Source: Adineta vaga
Taxonomy: Eukaryota; Animalia; Rotifera
Direction of reading: 5' to 3'
Assembly (NCBI GenBank): GCA_021613535.1
Contig: CP075492.1
Coordinates: 14,012,001-14,076,000, forward strand
DNA: 64,000 nt
Part shown: in pieces, positions 1 through 13,979 of the stretch
Numbering within the stretch: position 1 is the stretch's first letter
Layout: every line of letters begins with the position of its first letter
Made by a program: the position numbers and the translations under genes
Notes under the pieces: generated by a model
Told to the model about the DNA's origin: nothing
Databases searched by the model: none
What the model saw: the letters and a program-made list of their open reading frames with translations, nothing else

Positions 1-2
1 AA

Positions 3-3000
3 TCTCATTACGTATGTCGCTGGTGGATTGAACAGTTTAAAAATATACAAATCGAAAATTGTTTTCATAAATCTATTCAATTCAAGAAAAAACATCGTGA
101 TCAAATTCGATGGAATCAAACTAATCTTCCTTTTCGACGTTCAGGACTATGGATGACTATCAAAGTAGTCTTACATACAGTCTTAGTTAAACGTTTACAA
201 TATTTTGGTACTGTTGTGTACAAATTATTAATTACTCATTTTTTAACTTATGTTATTCAGAAGATATCAATGCATACAGAATTATTAGTACATTGTATCA
301 GAAAAATTGTTCGACGTTTGAATAAAATCGAAAGTCACACAATATCAAACGATGCCAAGGATCTAAATCTATGGATAGATCATACGATGCAAGAGATTGA
401 GTCTACAATTAAGCGACTCATTCCTGAATCGAATTGGCAAAAAACAATTCAAAATACTTCAAAGCTCAATCAATCTTCACTAACAAAGGATTTAAAACTT
501 AGTAGTAGTAAAACTCATCATCATGCATGTCGAAAATTGAAAGCTTATTTAAGAAATGACTGCAATTCAAATAATACACCTATTCCAACGCAGAAAATCA
601 AAATTTATGAAGATTTAACTCCTGATAATCATAACGATTATATACCTTCGTTCGATGTATTAACAAATCGATTAGGATGTACAATTAGTAACGCATTGAC
701 TTATATGGAAATTTGGGTTCAGTTGTGTTTAGAACAATGGATCAATAGTTGTTCGCCAACTATAAATAGAAAGAATCGTTTCGAAATTTTATTTCATTTC
801 TATGAAAAATATCAGAGTGTTGCATTGACGCATTATTATTCAAAAAATGGTCCTTCTGATTCATTAGGTTACAGTCAATTTATTCTAACATCATTAACGA
901 TTATACAACTAATGCATAAAAAATTATGTCGAGATCAACGATTCAATCGATTACAACTACATACTATAGATATTCCTAATTTGATGAAGTTGTTTGAATA
1001 TTTAACATTACCAAATCGTGATGATATGATTAGAGCATATAATCTTTATGATTATTATGATGAATTTCGTGACAAGGAATATCCTGATCTTTTGAACGAT
1101 ATAAAATCTAAACATGCGTTTGGTGTATCTTATGCAGCTCAATCATCTTCAATGAATAATGATTTAGAGAGAATTCGAATTGAAGCAGAAAGGGACAAGG
1201 AAGATAAAATAGCAGAAGTTGTAAATGCAAAACAAAAATATTTTCAATTAATGAAGGAAATGGATAATCATACTTGTGAACCTTTTGAAATTCATAATCC
1301 AAACGAGTGCCATCGGTGTAAACTTAGTCGTGAAGCAAATAAAATAAAAGTCAAAGTGTTTGAATGTCCAATACCAATCGAACAAGAAAGTGCATTAGCG
1401 GTCATGTTTGAATTGCAGATGCCTGTTGAAATCAGATGTTATCGAGATATTCTCTGGCAATTTATCAATCGTGGTCAAACAGAACCAATGAAAAAGACTT
1501 ATGAATGGTTGACTATTCCTACTCATGCGAGTAAATTAAAACCTTTCTATACTAATTCAATAGACTGTAAGGTTAAATTAATATCTTCTACGAAATCAAT
1601 AAGTCAATCACATTATTCTCGTCCACCATCAATCGTATTAACATCTGTCGAAAAATTTTTATTCGAAAACACTGTAAAAGTAGAAATTACTCCAACTAAT
1701 CCGATTGACTTCGATGATGAACATCGTATTTTAACCCCTCAACTCGAACATTCCGATTATAAGCAATTACAATTTGCAATAATGAATACCGAATTTTTAC
1801 AAAATAATGTTATCACTCAGATAAGTGATTGTCCATCACGTTTAAAATCAATACAATTTATAGAATTTGGCTCATTTCGATCAGGACATCGTTTACAATG
1901 GTGGAATCTTTTGATGCTTTTCGAAATGGATTCTTTATCAATTGCTGAAGAAAGTGTGGCGATATTACTTACTCATTCATTACTTCAATACGGCCCTGTG
2001 ATATCAGACAAGAACACATTTCCTAACAGTTGGTGTCCGGAATCGCATAGAGATTTGTTAGAAGATCATTTTGTTGATGAACTAATCACAAGATTAGATC
2101 GTCGTTTATATGAGTGTGAATCAAATTGGCAGAATGAATTGGTATTAGTTGTTATAACAATAATTACTATGAGAATATTAACTATATGTAATTCATTCAA
2201 AGAAGATAAAGTCGCTCAGTTGGCTAGAAAATGTCGTAGAATTGGTGAAAGATGGATTGATTTGATTAGAAAGACAACTGAGAGTATGTCATCGACAATT
2301 TTTAATCAAATAGAAAAATTTCGAATTAAAATGATTCATATTAGTGTTGCCTGTATATTAACATTGTCAACTCATGAAGATCGAATTAAATGTTTATTAT
2401 CATCGGATGACGATGTTATATCTTTACTTAAAACAGCAGCTATTGTTCACGATAATATTTGTTTAAAAACGACTCAATCCAATATGAGTATGTTCACAAG
2501 AAATCTAGTCAGATATGCTGAACGTGTGTTAGTTATAATTCAACCAACAGCAGCCAAATTTCTTCCGCAAAACTTCCTACAAAAGTCTAAATGCATTTGT
2601 TGAAATATCTTGGGAAAAAGCAATGAAAACTAAAAATGATACAAAAATACGATGGAAAAAACGAACAAAATTTGCATTTGATGGTTGGTACGATTATCAA
2701 TGCGAATCGAAATGTATATCGATTGATTGTATCAAAGGAACATTGTTAGTCAATGGAATGACAATAGATTATTTGCCAGAGAAGATTATTTATCATGAAT
2801 TATTTCGACGTACATTCGTCAGCATATTTTCGAAGTTCAAACAGGTGAATCATCGAATAGTTATATTACAAAGTATAGTTATCATAATAATGCCAAAGTT
2901 CGATACGAATTTCAATTGAATGACCAAACGAATCATTTAATAATTAAGGAACAACATCTAGATACAAATGAGATGTTTCAATTGATTCCTCACACATGTT

Positions 3001-6000
3001 TCGAAGATGAATTACCAGATATGTTTGTTTCTAATTACAGTCATTGGTGGAATATAAAAACGCAAATAATTGAATTTCGATCTGTTTATTTTAAAGATCC
3101 GGATTTCTTAAATAACAAACCATATATTTTATCTTTAAATACTAAATTAATTACCATGAATGACACGAAGAAAATGCAAATATTGATCAATCGATCATCA
3201 GAATTTTTTCAGCATTTATTTTTACGTTATTTTAATCGTCTAGATGATGAACCATATGTTTATATGTTGAGTGATAATGCTCATCACACGAAGAGAATCA
3301 CCAATATTCATCTATCTCGATTAGGTATTGCTTTTCAATACAATGGCAATACTCAAATAACAACGTCTCGTGAATATTCCGATATGTGTATCGATGAAGA
3401 TCAATGGTTAGGAACACTTACTGGACTAACATCTGGACTTCTTCTGTCACCCTTATCTAATAACAATTCTGAATTGAACCATTATCTATATCGAAAAATA
3501 ATTGTACCATTTGGGAATCCTCATAGCAAAAGAATGCAGAATGATATACATCAGACTGTCACTATACAACGAACATCATTATCTTCGAAAGAATCTTCAC
3601 ATTATTTTGTTTTCATTCTAAACGATCGATTACGTATGCTTCAATCAACAGATAGTCCAACAGGATGGCTTTATTTAGCTCTATTACATGCTATGACTTC
3701 TCATTCTTTACCAGATCAATATACTGGAATGACTGGAATAGAACGTGCTTTTCAATTATTGAACTCAGCTGGTTGTTGGTCTGATCAACCCTATAATTTC
3801 CTTTCTCGGAATATACTTGCTCAAATTGCTTTGATTTCTCCAAAAGTCGATTATTATCCAAAACATTTCACTTGTATGCAAAAAATCGATTGGAATGACA
3901 ATGGTTTACCATTTTCATTACAACATTTTGGTTATTATCTGATAGCAAAACAGCTTATTAAAACAAGTGAACAATTACATTTCATATATTCATCCGATCT
4001 TCCCACTAAACTTTCAGAATCATTCGAAGAAGAATTATACAATGAAAATTTATTGAAAAAACTGTATTGGGATTATCGTGATTCATACAATCCCATGGTA
4101 AGATTATCTGCAGAGATGGAAACTGATATGCTACGTACTTATCCAACAAAAACATACTATTTGATTTCAGAGGACGTTTCACACATTACTAACTACCCAA
4201 CAAGTCGACTCGTGGATGATTTGTATAGGAAAGGAAATGTTACTTTAAAAGATTGTTCGAATTTACATTGGTTACCTCTATCTCAATGGTTGACTGAAGA
4301 AAATGGATTGAAAAATGTGTGGATTGGTTTATTGAAATTAGTTTGCTATTCAAAAGCTCAAGCAACCGAAAACGATACAAATAATGTCCAACGTCTTCAT
4401 CGATTACTTGATTTTCTTCATTACATCTCAAGTAAATATCAAATCAATCCATTTTATTTACAAATGTTACAAACAGTATTGAATACACCAACTATCACCT
4501 TTTCTTGCATTGAATTTCCTCGATTTACTGAATATCAGAATATTGAAGAAACGTATGTTATACAAAAGCGGTTTCCTTTTGAAAAGCGTCCATCTGCAGA
4601 CATTCGAAATCGAGTTAAAGCTGAAGTTGAAGAGTGTTTGAAAAAGAATTCTCGTTATACAGGTTCCAAAACAAGTTTGATAAATACTGATGAAATATAC
4701 TGGATCAATGTACTATTAGATTCTTGGCAATTAAATAGAAGTCTCCAGCATTTTTTACAATCTGTTCAAAATATGATATGTTCCGTGCCCATTCAATGCT
4801 TTCATAGTAAAGCAGCGTACAATGCTCAACAATTCACTGTTGAATTATTTGAACATCACCATCAAATACAATTGAAATCTTCTGATGAATCATTGAATAA
4901 TGAACTTCTACTAAAAGCGACAAAGAAATTTCATCATCTTCATACCAGTCATTTCAGTACACAAAACAAATCTTTGTCAATCATTGAACAACAACGAAAC
5001 TTTCCAAATGAAATTTTTCCATTTATCAACAATGAAGAAAATCCTTTACAAAAAATTGACAATTATTTTAAAAATCAACTAGCTGAAAGTTGGAATACAT
5101 TTCTTTCCAATGAACAATATGAAGAAGAACAACCCTCTGTCCACGAAATCGAAGAGTTACTCAATTCTATTCAAACAGAGTCAACAACATTCTGGAATGA
5201 ATTAATCACATCTCTGAAATCATCCAATGAATTACTGTTTGATAGCGGTATCATATCTCGAATTACACCATCCATACTCATAACAATCTTGTTACAAAAG
5301 AACGGATCAATCCTCATCATTCAATTTGAGTACAAATCAATGTACATTGCTAGGTGGTACTCTTGTTAATTGGACTTTAGAACAACAAATAGAACGCGCA
5401 TTACATTACATCTATCATAATAAACTCGAAGATTTTAAAAAAGAAATTTCAAATATTCCACATTCGAATTGGATCCCATCGGAACATATATCATGGTTAA
5501 TTTTAGAACTTGAAATGAATATTATTATTCGAAATATTCAAATCAAAGTAGCACATCATATGATGCAAAAAGATAATTCCATTGGCAAAAATCTCGTTAT
5601 GCAAATGAATATGGGTGAAGGAAAAACTTCTGTTATTTTACCAATGTTAGCTGTTAATTTATCTTCAACTGATTCAACGTTAGTTCGTATAATAGTTCTA
5701 AAATCTTTACTACCAACAAATTATCTATCCTTACGACATAAACTAGGTGGCTTATTAAATCGTCGAATTTTACCATTTGCATGTCGTCGTGATAGGAATT
5801 TAACTGACGAACAAGTTAAACAAATTTCGATTCGTCTTCAACAAGGATTGCAACATAATGATGTAATATTAACGTCCCCAGAAGATCTTCTTTCCTTTGA
5901 TCTTCTTACGATTGATAAATGCAGACGAAATGAATTTGAAATCGCACGATCTATGTTAACTGTTCAACGATGGATGAAAACATATGTACATGATGTTTTA

Positions 6001-8769
6001 GATGAATCAGATGAAATTTTACATGTTAAATATCAACTAATCTATACAGTTGGTGACCAACAACAAGTCGATGGAGGAGCAGAACGATGGATAACAATTC
6101 AATCTATACTTGAATCAGTTAAAAACTATGCTGCAGATATTTCTGATCGTTTTCCTGAAGAAACTTCTTTTAAAAGATCAGAACAGAAAAGTGCTTTTCC
6201 TCAATATCGCTTACAATCAAATCAATCCTATCCATTGTTATGTGAAATGATCGCGAACGATTGGCTCAGTAAAAGAAATTATCGACAAAATGATAAAGAC
6301 AACATTCTCTCGTTCATTTTACATCCAAATTTATCCGGTGATCATCTAATTACGCAATTTCCTGCTCATGAAATTCAACTATTTCTTATTGTTCGTGGTT
6401 TATTATCATCTGAAGTTTTATTAATTGCTCTGAAAAAACGTCATCGAGTCAATTATGGTATCAATCCAAATCCATCGTTTCATCGTTTTATGGCTGTACC
6501 TTTTCGAGCAAAAGACGTAGCAGCCGATCGAACCGAATTTGGACATCCTGACGTTGCCTTAGTCTTAACACAACTTTCATATTATTATTCCGGTTTGACA
6601 GATTCACAGTTGAAACAATGTTTTGATCGATTGAGTAAAAGAGAAAGTGATCCAGCAACTATTTATGAACAATGGATTCGATATGAAGACAAAGATCGTA
6701 TACCATCAAGTATCATACATTGGAATGGAGTAAATCTTGAAGATTATCATCAACGAACGGAACATATTTTTCCAACATTTCGATATCATATGTTAGTTGT
6801 AAATTATTTCCTTAATCATTTTGTGTTTCCACGAGAAGCAAAACAATTTCCTTATAAAATTATATCCTCAGCATGGGATCTATCTTCATCAATACGTTCG
6901 AAACCTATTACTGGATTTAGCGGTACAAATGATACACAATTATTATTACCTATACATATTCGTCAACATGAATTATCCGAATTACAAAAGACAGACGCAA
7001 TTGTTGTTAATAATTTATTACAAAATGGAAATGAAAGTTATCATGTTTTACCTATGAATGCTATTTCCAATGATATTTTACAACAAATTTGTGATTACAA
7101 AGAAAGAATTCATGTTATTTTAGATGTTGGAGCATTATTTGTTGATAAAACGAATCGCGATATTGCTGTTCATTGGTTAAATCTATCTGATAAACATCAG
7201 ATTGATTATGCTGTTTACTTTGATTTCGATTCGATTGTAGTCTGTGATCGTCAATATCATCATCAACGATTTGAAACATCTCCTGCCAGTGAACGATTAG
7301 ATCATTGTATTTTCTATCTAGATGAAATTCATACTCGTGGAACAGATTTTAAATTTCCAAAAAGATTTCGTGCAGCAGTAACATTAGGTAATGGTTTAAC
7401 AAAAGATCGTTTTGTACAAGCATGTATGAGAATGAGACAACTGGGACATGGACATTCCTTAACATTTTGGAGTTCGAATGAAGTTCATCAACAAATGACA
7501 GCATTGAAAAGACAATTATCTTCAAATCAACAAAGTTATGTCATCGATATTCTTCGTTGGGTATATCAAAATACAATTCATTCGACATGGGAAGGTTTAT
7601 ATTATTGGGCAGAACAAAGTTTAAGTTTTCAAAGAAAACTAAGTGCATCTCAAAAGATCCAATGGGAAAATGATCAACAAAATCTGTCCAATACAATTAT
7701 GAAAGAATTTGCTGAACAATGCTTAGAACCAGAAATAACTGAATTAAAATCTATGTATGGCACATCGAAGGATTTATATACACTACGCAATATCTATTTA
7801 ACTCGATATCAACAATCAAAATATCATTTATCGCTAGAAATTCATACGGCAGTTCTACAACGATTGCAAGAATATGGTGGATCTAAACAACGTTTATCAC
7901 AGTTGTTAGATGAAGAACAACAACGAGAACTAGAACAAGAATTAGAAGAAGAACGACAACTAGCACGTCCATTATCAGTCAAACCAGCCGATCCGATATT
8001 ACATAAGGAAATCAAAATGTTATGTAATCAACGTATTGACGAGTTGAATTTAGATCAATTACGTGAAGTATTTCAACCAATATCATACGCATTTAATGAT
8101 ACCAAATTCTATCATGAATGTCAACCAGAAACATGGCAAAAAACATTATGGGTTACTACTGAATTTCAACGAGTTATTTCTACGACAGGAGAAATCTTAG
8201 ATCCATTTTTACGGCCACCACGATGGATCATTGTGTATCGAAATAAACACATTATTTTTGTAAGTCCTTTCGAAGCCAATTGGTTAATTGGTCAATTGCG
8301 ATTCAACAATGTGTCTACGACTACGTTACGTTTATTATTACCACGTATCAAACGAGAACAAGGAATTTTTGTTGACACTCCAACATTGATGATTCCGCGA
8401 TCAGTTGAACGTTCTGATGAATCTAATGTGTACTGTATACCGATAGCATGGCTAGCTCAATTGTTTGTTTTTAATGGTACTCTTTATTTCAAATCAACGA
8501 ATGAGCAAATTGCCTATTGTCAATATTTAAGTTTATGTCCAAGACCGCGAACAGTCGAAGAAGAAGAAGCTTTTCAACAAGGCTGGATTGCTGTTGATGG
8601 ATTTGTTAAGGATCCAATTCATCGACGTCTTCTAAAACTACAAGATGCTCGATTTATTTCGAATCCACTCATGTTTATAAAGCAATTAATTGAAAATCGG
8701 AATAATTCTTATATACCTGTGGCATCACATGTTGGAAGTATTATCTTCAATTCACAAAAACTTCTATAA
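3..8769 (+). CDS. Giant intronless DUF6606/DUF3638/DUF3645-family protein (P-loop/SF2 helicase-like core; often auto-annotated 'ubiquitinyl hydrolase'); 5'-partial; three single-base frameshifts near 2565, 2818 and 5297
   Basis: Frame is open from position 3 (KKHRDQIRW...PFRRSGLW). Family motifs: EFGSFRSGHRLQWWNL, LYLALLHAMTSHSLPDQYTGMTGIERA, WLILELEMNIIIR, QMNMGEGKTSVILPM (Walker A-like), DVLDESDE, MAVPFRAKD..ADRTEFGHPDV, GFSGTND, TRGTDFKF, QACMRMR, EEQQRELEQE. ORFs 153-2603, 2623-2919, 2916-5369 and 5326-8769 join by +1/-1/+1 shifts into one continuous protein. Confidence 0.88.
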
Positions 8770-10828
8770 ATACCTTCCAAAGAAAATGAATATCTTTTTT
8801 AAAGTATCAAAGTTTTCTCTTTTGTCATTGATGATATTGTTTCATTATTTTTATACATTCTATTTGATCACAATAATACTGATTTTTCTAGTACTGAATT
8901 AATTGAAGTTTATGTTGAATATTGAAACTAAAACTAGGAACAATTCATTCAATTGAATAGATATATGAAATTTAGTGATTGATTTATATTCATGCAAGGC
9001 AGATAACATGAGGAGAAAGAGAGATTTATATCGAAAGACAAAGAAACTTTCATGTTTACAAGCCATTATTCTTTTTTAGATGACCATATGTATATGAATG
9101 ATCATTAAAAAGAATTTTATTATCTAATAAAATGATTCTATTATCTTGTAATAGTAACTGTATACTTCTTCAATGCTAGTCCATTATCTTTAAATAAACG
9201 ATTACCTTGTGCACCAAGTTGAGATCGATTGAGTATGAAAAACAAAAGGAAGACAAAAATCATCAATTTATTATTTTTAACCACTTTTAATTACGTTGAA
9301 CATCGACTATATGAATTAAAAAGATCACAGATAAGATAAGAATGTATTTCGATGATAACTTCATATTTCAGTGATTTCTGGGGAAAAAAAGAAACGGTAT
9401 TTATTGAAATCAAAATTGCACGAATGACTCGATCATTTAGACAGAATGGACGTATTTACATGCAGTGAATTATTGAGGATTATGTGTTAAGAAAAGTAGG
9501 CCAAATACAGGGAAAAAAAGAGAAGGATATCCACCAGTAGAATTGATTTCATATATCGAGGTAGTAAACGTAGAAAAGAAAAATGAACACGTTGGACGGC
9601 AATGTCTGGAACATTTAGTACTCTAATGTATATTGAGATTGTTTAATCGGTCAGTATTAAATACACAAGGAAATGTGTAAGATAAGATTATAAGTAAAAC
9701 AAGTCAATTATACGGTTTACGAAGATATATATAACATCACACTAACATATCTAGAAAATATCATATCATTTTTATATATAAAACCTGTGCTTTCAATCAA
9801 TCAAATTTTTACATTTCTATTTCACGATACTTTATCAACATGAATGCAATCGTAGTGATATACTCGACGTCGCTATTTCAGCTTACTATTGTCATTCGTT
9901 ATATAGAGTAGAACTGAATGTAATAATACTACTCGAATGGAATATTGATATAAATGATTGTTAGTCATTATTTGTTGACTGAGCGATATTGACGCTGTAT
10001 ATGATCCAACTAATATATCTAGTTTTACAAGCAATGTTTGATCGCTTGATTAGAATATGTACTCAATAGAAGGTATAATGGTTTATCGGTCTTTAACCTT
10101 GAAAGACAACTGAAACGGTTTTTCTTGTATAGAAAAAAAGAATTTTATTTCGTCTTCTCATTATAAAGATAATGTAAAAAACAGAATCGGTATTGCAATC
10201 AGTTGTATCAGAAAACGAAACAATCTAGAATATCAAGAATTGAAATTACCCTAAAAGTAACAAATTCAGATGGTGTTGAATATAAGGGTTTAACATTTAT
10301 GTATTGTTCTCATGTACACATACGATGCTCAATACCATTATATTTTCAAAGGAAGATATGATGATCTTCTCCTATTCATAGTTTTTTATTCTCATCGTAT
10401 GTATACGTATTCGAGTTTTTGTCCGAAGCTGTTAAATATCATCAACAACTCATCACATGAAGTTTGACGCACTGTTTATTTCTTATGTTATTTCACGTCC
10501 TTCTCATCATATAATCACACCATTACTTTCAAGTTGTACTCTGTTCTTTCCAACTAGGTACATCGAATATTTAATCAAGCTTTTGCACTGTTATATTTTT
10601 CTTGTATATTGTGTCCTCAAAAGATAAGGTACGTCTGAGAACAGTTTTTTTCTCATAAAAGATCCTCGAAATATAAAAAAAAAGAAAGATAAATGATTTG
10701 CTACCTACTTCCTTATGATGAAATATATATAAACAGTAGCAACTTGGTTTTATCATCTAAATCGAACACAATATAATTCAGAAAACTAGACATAGTATAG
10801 TGATAACAACTAATAAACAACGAGGACA

Positions 10829-13526
10829 ATGCCGTATACTGTAAGTTATAGTTTGATAATTCTAATTGGTATAATTAAATATATATTAGACGATGGTGAA
10901 CTTAACTAATGAATGGAATTATGTAACTTCAGCGTTCCAGTTGAGCACAACAAAAGACACTTCAACGAAAGAATCGAACAATAGCCATCGTCTTTCTGAT
11001 GGTGCTATAGCAGCTATTGTAATTTCAATCTTAATGAGTATTTTACTTGCCATTGGTGGATTTTTTGCTTATAAATACCGTGAAACTATTATGGATTTCA
11101 TTCGAGAGAGATTACATCTGAATAAAGACGAAGACAACGATGAAATAGTAAGATATCAAACTGAATACTATACCGTATGAATCATTTTTTTGAATTACTT
11201 TAGTCATCATCAGGTGATATAGATTTCTGTTCTTCTGCTAGTGAAAAAAGCACGCGTTCATCGAATAGGTACGTATTCATATAGATCCTATACTTTTCCA
11301 GAAGAGAAGTTTAGGAAATTTTCAATATAAATGTTCAATATCTTGCTCTTTCTAGGAGATCATCGATCCAATTGAGTCATTTGTCATTTAGGTTTCATGA
11401 CGAAAATAAAGCTGTTCCTGTTTCGCTCTCTTTTCACAACATTAGTTACATGGTCAAGAGTGAAAACGAACAAAAAATCAGGTTGCCCTTTTTCGGTCAG
11501 AAAAATCAATCAAAAAATAGACGTAAACAAGTTTTGTTCGATGTTTCCGGTATTTTCCAATCTGGTATGAATGCTCTTCTTGGTATGTATAAACGTATTA
11601 GCTAGTAAAGCAACATCCATCTTTTCATGTCTGTTCAAATCTAAGGTCCAACGGGCTGTGGAAAGTCATCATTGTTAGATGTTCTTGCTGCACGCAAGGA
11701 TCCACGTGGTTTATCAGGACGAGTATTGATCGATGGATCACCTTTGCCAACATCTTATAAATATATGGTTGGCTATGTTGTTCAAGATGATATTATTAGT
11801 GGAACATTGACTGTACGAGAGAATTTGACTTTTTCGGCTAACGTACGCTTATCAAAAAGTGTATCAATAGAAGAGCGTGTAGAACGTGTTAATCAAATTA
11901 TTACAGATTTGGGACTGGAAGCATGTGCTGATACTCGTATTGGTACAGAATTTTTACGTGGTGTCTCTGGGGGCGAACGAAAGCGAGCTTGTATTGGTAT
12001 GGAACTTGTTCTTTCACCCAAAATTCTCTTTCTCGATGAACCAACAACAGGTTTTTACTCAGAAGTTTTGAAAGAGAAAATATGTTAAGAAAAATCTTTA
12101 GGTCTTGACGCATCAACTGCTTTTCATGTGATGACTTGTCTCTAACAACTATCACATCGAGGGTGTAAGTTTTCATTCACATATTAATATTGCAACTTGA
12201 TATTATTCTTTTCTCGAATAGGTACGATCATCTTTTCAATACATCAACCTCGTTATTCAATATTCAAATTATTCGATAAAGTTCTACTCCTCTGCAAAGG
12301 CAAATGTATCTATCAAGGACCTCCTGGCGAAGTTCTTTCCTATTTTGATAAGTACAATTATCAATGTGAAGAGCATGATAATCCTGCTGATTTTGCATTG
12401 GATGTACTGATTGAAGCCTCGAAAACAAAGGGTTCTTTACAAAAATTGTCCAAAGCTTATCTTCATTCTCCAATGCATACTCACATGACAGATCTAATTG
12501 CTGATTTAGATCCAAATGAGAATGAAATATATGATGAGAATGATGAAAGACCAGACGAACAAAATCGTCCATTTACAAATGAAATCTTTTATCTTGCTCA
12601 ACGAACAGTTAAAAATGCTATACGAAATCCTCAATTGGCACTTTCTCAAACAGTTGTTGCCATCATTATTGGTCTACTTGTCGGTCTAGTTTTTTACGAT
12701 ATGGAACTAACCGTAAGCAGAGGTGTTCAAAATCATTTAGGTGCCATATTTTTCATTGTCGTTAGTCAAATTTTCAGTACAGTAACAGCTCTCGAACCGT
12801 TACTTAAGGAACGCGTTCTTTTCATTCATGTAAGTCTTTTCCATCTATACTTTCAGATTTCATATCTGTACATCAATTTTAATAGGAGAATGTTAGTGGA
12901 TACTATCGAACTTCGACTTTCTTTGTCGCCAAACTTGTTTGCGACATTTTACCAATGCGTGTTATTCCATCTTTGATTTTCTCGATCATTGCATATTTCA
13001 TGACTGGTCTTCAACGAACATTCGGACAATATCTGATCTTTTTCTTAACTATCTTCATGTCATCAGTTTTCGGTTCAGCTATGTGTTTTCTAGCCGCTGC
13101 ATGTATTCCAATGTTCGGTAAGTCTATATATTGTTTTAATTTAAAATAATGGAAATTTTCCTTTCTATGTCAGCTGTGGCGCTAATAAGTGTCGTTCTCG
13201 TCTTTGTCGTTATGATGGTATTTAGTGGTTTTGTAGTTGATTTAGCCACAGTTTTTTCATCAATATCATGGATTCAATGGATTAGTGCTTTTCGATATGC
13301 TTCAAATGTTCTAACGATCAGCGAATTTCGTCATTTAACTTTTTGTCAAACTATCAATTCAACTAAAATTTGTCAGTTAACTGGTAAAGAAGTACTTGAT
13401 GATCGAGATTTAGCATATGCTACAGATTGGGACTTGTGGAAACATTTCCTTGCTCTGATTGGTATGGCTGTATTTTTCTTGATTCTTGCTTTTATTCAAC
13501 TGATTCGAATTAAGAAAACTAAATAG
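10829..13526 (+). CDS. ABCG2: ABCG2/white-type ABC half-transporter (NBD-TMD) with an extra N-terminal single-pass segment. Inferred exons: 10829-10840, 10890-11147, 11204-11268, 11356-11582, 11646-12050, 12102-12164, 12222-12829, 12886-13117, 13174-13526. In-frame TAA at 12143-12145
   Basis: Walker A GPTGCGKSS, signature VSGGERKR, Walker B LFLDEPTTGLD, H-loop SIHQPR, NPADF and a C-terminal TMD. All junctions are GT-AG and phase-compatible. The gene symbol indicates family likeness only. Confidence 0.88.
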
Positions 13527-13979
13527 TTTGAATTATATAACAATATAACATTTTCATGCTTTATGTAATCGGTTCCATGAAAAACATGGTTCTTCTTTTC
13601 TTCTCAGTTTACCCATTTTGTCATCTTCTATCTAGAGCATCTCTGCTTCCAGTCGTGTTATATCCTAATAATATTTTGTTTGTTTGAGAAAGCATGTAAA
13701 AATATAGATGGAATGATGTCGCATCTTTTTTTAATTACGTTTGTTTTAATTATCATGTCGATATATATTTATTTCAATGTTTTTGATTTCGAGAAAAATG
13801 CATTAAAAATGAAGATGAATGTGTCGAAATAAAAGTATAAGTACATCCAATCAACATCTCTATAGATGTGTGAGTAGGATGTTTTTATTATCAAATGAAA
13901 TCAAACATAAAAATGTAATATTAAAGAAAATAATCACAAATTTTACAGCACAATGCACAACATTACATATGTAGATTTG

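Noticed and set aside
9130-10500. Short coding-looking stretches in the intergenic region after the giant gene
   Set aside because: Frames contain stops and no recognisable motif.
10893-11180. Stand-alone 95-aa membrane protein gene
   Set aside because: Better explained as N-terminal exons of the ABCG gene through phase-compatible splice sites.
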